From Balanoglossus misakiensis (Eukaryota; Animalia; Hemichordata): a stretch of 64,000 bases of DNA. Shown one piece after another: positions 56,401 to 64,000 of this stretch. Position numbers and translations under genes: made by a program. The notes beneath the pieces are model-generated. The model saw nothing but the letters and a program-made list of their open reading frames with translations. It ran no database searches and was not told the origin of the DNA. The stretch lies in NCBI GenBank assembly GCA_040954595.2, contig CM082582.2, positions 9,973,483-10,037,482 on the forward strand, written 5' to 3'. The stretch's first letter is position 1. Each line of letters starts with the position of its first letter.

Positions 56401-58436
56401 TCCAGAAATGACAATTTTTTGACTTTGCGAAATTTCAAAATTTCTTCATTTTTTTGAAAAAACCATGGGTTATAGCTCATGAAAATCATCCAGAAATGAC
56501 AATTTTTCGACTTTGCGAAATTTCAAAATTTCTTCATTTTTTTGAAAAAACCATGGGTTATAGCTCATTAAAATCATCCAGAAATGACAATTTTTCGACT
56601 TTGCGAAATTTCAAAATTTCTTCATTTTTTCGAAAAAACCATGGGTTATAGCTCATGAAAATCATCCAGAAATGACAATTTTTCGACTTTGCGAAATTTC
56701 AAAATTTCTTCATTTTTTTGAAAAAACCATGGGTTATAGCTCATGAAAATCATCCAGAAATGACAATTTTTCGACTTTGCGAAATTTCAAATTTCTTCAT
56801 TTTTTTGAAAAAACCATGGGTTATAGCTCATGAAAATCATCCAGAAATGAGAATTTTTCGACTTTGCGAAATTTCAAAATTTCTTCATTTTTTTGAAAAA
56901 ACCATGGGTTATAGCTCATGAAAATCATCCAGAAATGACAATTTTTCGACTTTGCGAAATTTCAAAATTTCTTCATTTTTTTGAAAAAACCATGGGTTAT
57001 AGCTCATGAAAATCATCCAGAAATGACAATTTTTCGACTTTGCGAAATTTCAAAATTTCTTCACTTTTTTGAAAAAACCATGGGTTATAGCTCATGAAAA
57101 TCATCCAGAAATGACAATTTTTCGACTTTGCGAAATTTCAAAATTTCTTCATTTTTTTGAAAAAACCATGGGTTATAGCTCATGAAAATCATCCAGAAAT
57201 GACAATTTTTCGACTTTGCGAAATTTCAAAATTTCTTCATTTTTTTGAAAAAACCATGGGTTATAGCTCATGAAAATCATCCAGAAATGACAATTTTTTT
57301 ACTTTGCGAAATTTCAAAATTTCTTCATTTTTTTGAAAAAACCATGGGTTATAGCTCATGAAAATCATCCAGAAATGACAATTTTTCGACTTTGCGAAAT
57401 TTCAAAATTTCTTCATTTTTTCGAAAAAACCATGGGTTATAGCTCATGAAAATCATCCAGAAATGACAATTTTTCGACTTTGCGAAATTTCAAAATTTCT
57501 TCATTTTTTTGAAAAAACCATGGGTTATAGCTCATGAAAATCACCCAGAAATGACAATTTTTCGACTTTGCGAAATTTCAAAATTTCTTCATTTTTTTGA
57601 AAAAACCATGGGTTATAGCTCATGAAAATCATCCAGAAATGACAATTTTTCGACTTTGCGAAATTTCAAAATTTCTTCATTTTTTTGAAAAAACCATGGG
57701 TTATAGCTCATGAAAATCATCCAGAAATGACAATTTTTCGACTTTGCGAAATTTCAAAATTTCTTCATTTTTTTGAAAAAACCATGGGTTATAGCTCATG
57801 AAAATCATCCAGAAATGACAATTTTTCGACTTTGCGAAATTTCAAAATTTCTTCATTTTTTTTTAAAAAACCATGGGTTATAGCTCATGAAAATCATCCA
57901 GAAATGACAATTTTTCGACTTTGCGAAATTTCAAAATTTCTTCATTTTTTTGAAAAAACCATGGGTTATAGCTCATGAAAATCATCCAGAAATGACAATT
58001 TTTCGACTTTGCGAAATTTCAAAATTTCATGATTTTTCAAAATTTTCATGGGTTATAGCTCATGAAAATCATCAAAAACTGAAAATTTTTCGATTTGGCG
58101 GAATTTGAATTTTTCATGATTTTTCAAAATATTTATGAGTTATAGCTCATGAAAATCATCAAAAACTGACATTCCGCTTACCTAGTATCCCAGGTGTTTC
58201 AATAGGCGTTATCATGGCTTTCTACGTGTACCTCCTCCCACTTATCCTCTTGTCCTTTTTCAGGTGACCCCTTCGAGATGCACAACGTGGCAGACGAGAA
58301 TCCCGTCATGGTCGAGTTCTTGCACGACAAACTGGAAGCATATCGAGCGACATCGGCCCCGGCTTTCTGGCCGGCCGAAGACTCGAACTGTAACCCGGAC
58401 CTCCACGGGGGCTTCTGGAGTGCTGGCTTCTGCTAG
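47449..58436 (+). CDS. ARSB: Arylsulfatase B-like (ARSB/I/J family) sulfatase; 16 coding exons, 509 aa, N-terminal signal peptide
   Basis: Exons 47449-47506, 47746-47817, 48031-48142, 48309-48360, 48614-48717, 48906-49021, 49138-49232, 49346-49447, 49656-49722, 49945-50042, 50301-50437, 50616-50680, 50815-50935, 51169-51230, 51343-51438 and 58264-58436 sum to 1530 nt in one open frame with GT-AG introns. Motifs: hydrophobic leader MTGLTPKLLLVLFAIELTLA, HVVYLIADDLGWNDV, TPNLQRLADEGVIL, FGly motif CSPTRSALMTG, GYKTYYVGKWHLG, QQPHSP, IFHSDNGG, SNWPLRGNKASLFEGG, IDGINVW, WLFNLRSDPFE. Exact orthology to ARSB rather than a lineage-specific paralog is not established. Confidence 0.93.
51522..58171. 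repeat. 88-bp tandem repeat (minisatellite/satellite) array, ~75 copies, inside sulfatase intron 15
   Basis: Consensus unit is CATGGGTTATAGCTCATGAAAATCATCCAGAAATGACAATTTTTCGACTTTGCGAAATTTCAAAATTTCTTCATTTTTTTGAAAAAAC (88 nt). Unit starts fall at 51978, 52066, 52154 and onward. Edge units are an 87-nt variant. There are no unique spacers. Confidence 0.98.
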
Positions 58437-58584
58437 AGTGCTTTGAAGAAGCCGCCGAATGTGTTCACAAGGAATCGTCGCATTAATTAAGTCTTCATGA
58501 ATCTTTATTGTTGATTAACGGATATTCATTCTGTCTATTATTATCGTTTTGTCAGCAGGCAAAAATTGTGATAATGATGTAACT

Positions 58585-58590
58585 AATAAA
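58585..58590 (+). promoter_or_regulatory. Candidate polyadenylation signal of the sulfatase gene
   Basis: First AATAAA after the TAG at 58436, with T-rich/GT sequence ~30 nt downstream. Confidence 0.55.
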
Positions 58591-59030
58591 ATGAACATAA
58601 AGTCATTACACCCAGTCGTCTTCGTTTCATAGCTTCTTCTGTATGCGCTTTAATAGTGTATCTGAAGTAATTAATGGTCTACATTCAAAACACTGGTAAA
58701 TGTAAAAAATTATATCCTATTCTAAGATATCCCAAAAGTCATTCTTATTGTTAGGCTACTATACAGGTCTGAAATTAACAACAGGATAAAACTTCAATTC
58801 TATTTGAATAATATTGATAGATTCCACGCATGGTGGAAATAATAAAGTACAGCAAAGCAAGTAATATCAAACCAGGTAATATCGCAGACTGACATAAACA
58901 TCTGTTTGGAGTATAATCATCGAAATATTTACGAAAACGACAAATGCAGCCCCGACACCTAATATGAAGGAATAATATTTATGGTCCACCTCCGCCCCAC
59001 AATGCCCACAAAGATTTATGTATTTCCTTC

Positions 59031-61944
59031 TCAAGCGATGCGTTCGCGGGCAACTATCTCATACGGACGACATCTTGTAATGAAAGCTTCGAAGGTTGGG
59101 CTCAGGTTCGGCTTCTCCTTGCCCGGTGCTGGCAACAAAGTAAACCGCTGGAACAAGCTGACAAACAGCAGAAAGAGCTCATTCTTGGCCAAAAACTCGC
59201 CCATGCACACGCGACGCCCGGCGGAGAATGGAAGGAAGCTCTCTGGTTTGGGCAGAGCCTTGCCGTTCCCGTCCAAAAATCGCTCTGTGTGCAAACGGGA
59301 TCATAAAAAGGTGATGAGCAAACCTCCTATAATTCATCGTTCTGTCTTTGAAGGGATACGGGTCAAACTACTGGCAGATGATGTTTTTCAAATAAGTTTT
59401 TTAACGTACCTGGCCGGAACTCATCGTGGTTCTTCCAGTGTTTTTCATTCATATGCAAGCTCCAGAGATTGATCCAAAGTTGAGTTCCCTTCGGTAGGTT
59501 GTATCCACCTATATGCACAAAATATGATTCATTGTTGAAATAAAATGAACACTCCCTCCCACATATATGAATTTATAGTTCTCACGTTGGGGGCAGTGTT
59601 TGGTTGCGACTGCCCTGTTAGTTATTTTGAAGTAAGGTTGCTCCGGCTGAAATGATTTTGTGACCACGCTTACCAACTGATGTATCCTGGAGAGTTTCGT
59701 GGGGAATGCCAAATGGTGCAGCTGTCCTCATCCTCATGACCTCATGAATGACAGCTTCGCAGTATGACAATTTGCCCTTGTCAGACAACAGGGGCAGGCG
59801 GTCTTGCCCGATGACATCATCGATTTCCTTGTGAACTTTCGCCTGGACATCCGGGTAAGTTACCAGGTAGGCCACGCACCAGTTCAGGGTGTTCGAGGTT
59901 GTTTCGATCCCGGCTGCAATTCAGTGCAACAGAGAAAGTAGATGACCAATCACGTCGGCGAGCAGATGTCCAAACCATAAATGCTAAACTTTCTCTATTA
60001 ATATTGTCTGATAAATGACAGTGTGTGGTATTATATCCACCACAACCAAATCTATTACACACCTTTAAATACATCAGACACCAGTTGCCGAACATTCACA
60101 TCAGTCAACAAATGGACATGGTCCGTCCCCGCTGCCTGTTCGTCTCTCTGGATCTTCAAAACGTCATCTACAAGGTCGTGAACTTCACCTGGAGAAAACA
60201 GAATGAGAATGGACATTTTGCTATAACGAGACTATACCTTTGATCTTGTATCTAATGAATGATTTAGGATGGTATCGCTGCTATCCTCCATAAAAATGTC
60301 GCAATTCAGGATGATAGCCACATTTTCACGAAATCATCATTTGAGTAACATCAAACCTGTCTTGTCTTTATGCTCGTTAATGTTAGACTGAATCAGGATC
60401 AACCACGCGCTCAGTGCCTTCTTGATCATGCGCAGACCCTTGGTCGGTATGTACTTGAAGATTGGAATGAAGTCAGCCAGTACGGCAGTCCCAAAGCCCT
60501 CCTTCATATCGTACAAACATTTCATTATGCTTTGAAATTCGGGGTCGTTCAGCTCGTACCTGGAATAACAACGTCAATAGTGTTTTGAAGATGACATTAA
60601 TATAATACATTTATACTAGGCAGGCAAGGTGTTTGAATGATCGTTCAAGTGTGGTATCTTTTGCTAATTTTCCTTGTGTGACGCCCACTGTAAAAAGTCG
60701 ATCGTACCTTGCCATGCACCCCAACTGCATCATAAGATTTTGTGTATACTTACTTGTGACCAAAACACATAGACGCAGTCACATTGCTAACTAGCAACAA
60801 CATCAAAGGCATTGGTTCAAATGAGGCCCCTGTCTTCTCGCTGATTGCTCTTCTCAAACGTGGAAAAGCTTCCTCTCCCACGAGACGTTCCAGTTTATGT
60901 CCACTAGCATAGTTTCTGTAACATAATTTACAATACTCTATCATATGCATCAATAAAGCACGGGTCCTTTAATCACCACAACGTTGGCTGTGCCATTTCC
61001 CCCTACTAATCTAGAGTGTGTCGTACCTGATTGCTTGGTGGCCTATTTTACGCAAGACCTTCCAGGTGGGTGTGAAATTGCCATCAATGATGTTTTCTCC
61101 ACCTTCGCTCGTCAAGTCAACTTCAAAGCAATTATTAAAATTTAAGACGTTAGAGGACTCTTATACAGACAGGGCTTCATTCAATCGTGGAACGTGTTCT
61201 TAATGTATCTAGATTCTCTGAACTAGTATACATACACGGTAATCCAGAACATATTAGGCACTGGTCAGTTTCTTCGGCCTGGGGCCGGTGGATTCTATTT
61301 TGTGGATATCAAAAAGTGACTGATTGACTGAGTGTGTGTTCGCTCAGAACAGGGAATCTCATCTCCGTTATCAGTCATGACAAAAATGTTTTCCGATGAT
61401 ACATATTTCTTACTTATACAGTGAAACTTACGGAAAAACAGTCCTGGTCTTCCGGCAAAGTCGTTTTGCTTCGTCACCAGTGCCTCTTTGACATATTTTA
61501 TGTCGTTGAGAAAAACTATGGGTAACCCACCAATTTTAATCGTTACGATGTCGCCGTACTTCTTGGTTATTTTTGCGACAGCAGTTACTGGGTCCTCGCC
61601 CAAGTCTGAAGATAGGAAAATTGCAACGTGTATGAAGTTTGTTTGTTTGTTTTTTTAAGGGAGCAAAATTTTCTTTTCGGCTAATTTTGTTAGTGTTTAA
61701 TTTTCAATATTTCTGTTCGCCAATGATTAATTTTAATAGACGTTGTTCACATAATTCGGCTGAATGTTAACGTACCGAACAGACTGCCGACAAATGGCAA
61801 CCCTCGCGGTCCCGGTGGTAGATGGGCTGGTCGACGCATGCTCCACAATGCTGCTAGGGCCAACAGCACGAGAAGTAGCAATACCACATTGGCTGGGTTG
61901 CTTAAAACAACACTCAGCATTGCTCCAAATGTATGAGAAACCAT
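59031..61944 (-). CDS. Cytochrome P450, clan 2 (CYP17-like / steroid 17-alpha-hydroxylase-like); 9 exons, 506 aa
   Basis: Minus-strand exons 61944-61776, 61605-61432, 61120-61027, 60915-60754, 60559-60357, 60188-60063, 59913-59674, 59508-59410 and 59284-59031 sum to 1521 nt in one open frame. Motifs: N-terminal TM anchor plus PPGPRGLPFVG hinge, FAGRP, C-helix WKVLRK, I-helix DVFKAGIETT, K-helix EVMR, PERF, heme motif FSAGRRVCMG. The exon-5 donor (G|GTTTGA) is weak. Confidence 0.93.
61250..61279 (+). repeat. Dispersed 30-bp repeat, copy 1 (probable terminus of a non-autonomous DNA transposon)
   Basis: CATATTAGGCACTGGTCAGTTTCTTCGGCC matches 62783-62812 at 29/30 nt, in the same orientation. Confidence 0.6.
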
Positions 61945-62782
61945 TATGTTGCCTTGCGTGCTAGGGATAGACAGTACGGTGTGTTACATGTACATGTACT
62001 AAATATTGGCAAGATACATATATTTTACAATGTAGAGCCACCAACTTAGAAAATTGGCTGCGTCACGTCTTGTGTGAAACAATGGTTCATACATCACTAA
62101 TATCATGGTTGTAAATCTGATAAAAGTGTGTTTACTTAATTAAGTGACAGCAAGGAGTGAGTGATGGGAGAGTAAAAGAAGGCTGGGACAATTGCTGTGC
62201 ATGGCTGTAGATTATGGTCTATTGAAGTGATTGCAGTGAACAGAACGTTGTGCATTGTAGCATGCCATTCATTTGGAAGTACAAGAGCTAAACTTGACCT
62301 CCATGACCTCAATCACTGAAGATGCTTGTCCAGTTGCTGCGAAACCAGGGTTAGGGTTGGTTCACTAAACACTAGTACTATCATGGCTCGCTTTTGACTT
62401 CAATCATAGACAGCAGAAAAGTCTATGATTCAACAGGCAGAGAACTCACTTTTTCCTGGCTTGGGAAACTCCAATTGAATTCCTCAGACTTACGCTGGTA
62501 AGTTACAGAGTGCAATCGTAGGAATTGTAACCGCAGTCGGGTGTGTTTGGAACAGAACGGAGCAAACAAATGGTGCCAGTGGTATTTGCAAGTTCCAGGG
62601 GTAAGCAATGCGGCCGGGTAACTGAAAAGATGGTGGCCTGGTCCCGTGTGCAGTCGCTGAACTTTCGACCGGCCAAAGTCATAAATACCAGCTGTCATGA
62701 TCCCTATCACTTGTCTCGGTCACGTGGGCACAACAAGAGAGAAAGCGGCTTGAAAGAAAATATTGCATCCCCCAACCACCGT

Positions 62783-62812
62783 CATATTAGGGACTGGTCA
62801 GTTTCTTCGGCC
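62783..62812 (+). repeat. Dispersed 30-bp repeat, copy 2
   Basis: CATATTAGGGACTGGTCAGTTTCTTCGGCC; see copy 1 in P450 intron 2. Confidence 0.6.
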
Positions 62813-63306
62813 GGAGGCAGCGGCTGTGGGGGAGTTGTTTCATGACAGAAGAACCACACAGCCCTTGGTGGTATTTTAAAAGCGTTTTTTGTTTTATATA
62901 ATTAGTGAAAAATTTGCACACTTCGTCCTGTCACTCTATACACAAAAATGTTAAATCAAATGACACTCGAATAAACTTCTTATTTTAAACCATCCTCCGC
63001 TATTCAGCTACTGAGAAGACGAAACATCGTCAGACATCCATGGTGAGAAAACAAATGTGTATTATCCCTAGGCCCTATATAAAATATAATCATACATGAA
63101 CCTTCCCCCAATATACTAGTAGTATCGACGTCACATATGTACACCACGTAATGATTACATCAAAGTATACTATATACCTTAGATATACTAGAACTATTTC
63201 CAATTAAAACATACCTTCGATTAAAAGAGGTATTGGACTTATGCTATAGTAATTATAATATATGCGCTTATATGCACATCTTGCTCATCGAGACGTCAAC
63301 AGAGAT

Positions 63307-63906
63307 TTAAATTTCTGTTTCTTCGGTGATGCGGTCCCTGGCAACGACCTCATAAGGATGACATCTTGTCACGAGTCCTTCGAAGGCTGGGGTCAGGCTC
63401 GGTTTCTCCTTGCCCGGAGCCGGTAAGAAGGTAAAGTGTTGGAACAAGCTGATAAATATCAGGAAGAGCTCATTCTTGGCCAGCGCCTCTCCCAAGCACA
63501 CGCGGCGTCCGGCGGAGAAGGGGAGGTAGCTCTCTGGTTTCGGCAAAGCTTGGCCATACTGATCCAGGAATCGTTCTGTGTGCAGATGAAAATAGGGTGA
63601 TGAGAAAGACTCGGGCAGTGACGTCATAGTTCTATATTTAAACAAATACCTGTGTAGGTAGATGGCAGGTTAGATAACATTTATGACATTATGAAGAACC
63701 TCTTTATATCTGATCAACGGTACAAAACTTTGTCGTATGAATATTACAGGTTATTATCTAATGCATGTTTTTCAAACGTACTGTATACTATTTTGTTTCG
63801 GATTTACCTGGACGAAATTCCTCGGGCTCTTTCCAGTGTTTGTCATTCATGTGCAAGTTCCACAAGTTGGTCCAGATCTGGGTCCCTTTGGGGATATTAT
63901 ATCCAC
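63307..63906 (-). CDS. Second clan-2 cytochrome P450 (tandem paralog), last two exons; 5' part beyond the window
   Basis: Exon 63906-63808 encodes GGYNIPKGTQIWTNLWNLHMNDKHWKEPEEFRP. Exon 63575-63307 encodes ERFLDQYGQALPKPESYLPFSAGRRVCLGEALAKNELF...DRITEETEI*. Intron positions and the 99-nt penultimate exon match the downstream P450. Confidence 0.92.
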
Positions 63907-64000
63907 CTAAAGTAAAAAATAGGATTTTGCTATTATAGTACAATGATATTCAAAATCACTGACGTCACTTATTCTTGACTATATTTGACTACTGGTACAA

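Noticed and set aside
54431-56921. Repeated ORFs (MKKPWVIAHENHPEMTIFRLCEIS...) in the ORF track
   Set aside because: These are translations of the 88-nt satellite (not a multiple of 3) opened by single-base indels, and most start at TTG.
51522-58171. Array as a CRISPR-like locus
   Set aside because: Monomers are repeated end to end with no unique spacers, there are no cas-like ORFs, and the context is a spliceosomal intron.
58981-59472. 163-aa plus-strand ORF, and minus-strand ORFs over 38637-39708
   Set aside because: Antisense shadows of the GC-richer P450 and TOX coding exons.
59031-61944. P450 as a pseudogene (apparent stop at 60337, apparently missing H/I-helix exon)
   Set aside because: Exon 60188-60063, not shown in this frame in the ORF track, supplies the segment, and a GT donor at 60356 keeps the frame open.

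Overview
Animal genomic DNA (AT-rich, GT-AG introns). It resembles a marine invertebrate deuterostome such as a hemichordate or echinoderm, but that is an inference. Positions 1-38.4 kb contain no credible protein homology and are most simply intron or upstream DNA of a TOX-family HMG-box gene, whose six downstream coding exons lie at 38482-43609 (+). A complete 16-coding-exon arylsulfatase B-like gene follows (47449-58436, +, 509 aa, catalytic residues intact). Its last intron is almost entirely a ~6.65 kb, ~75-copy 88-bp tandem array with diverged edge units and higher-order duplication blocks. Convergent with it are two tandem clan-2 (CYP17-like) cytochrome P450 genes on the minus strand: one complete (59031-61944, 9 exons, 506 aa) and one whose 3' end enters the window (63307-63906). 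Exon models were built by hand from splice signals and frame continuity. I found no convincing novel multi-gene system. The best leads are the intronic satellite, a candidate N-terminally extended sulfatase isoform, candidate recursive splice sites upstream of the TOX exons, an unusual I-helix lysine in the P450, and a possible sulfatase/P450 3'UTR overlap.
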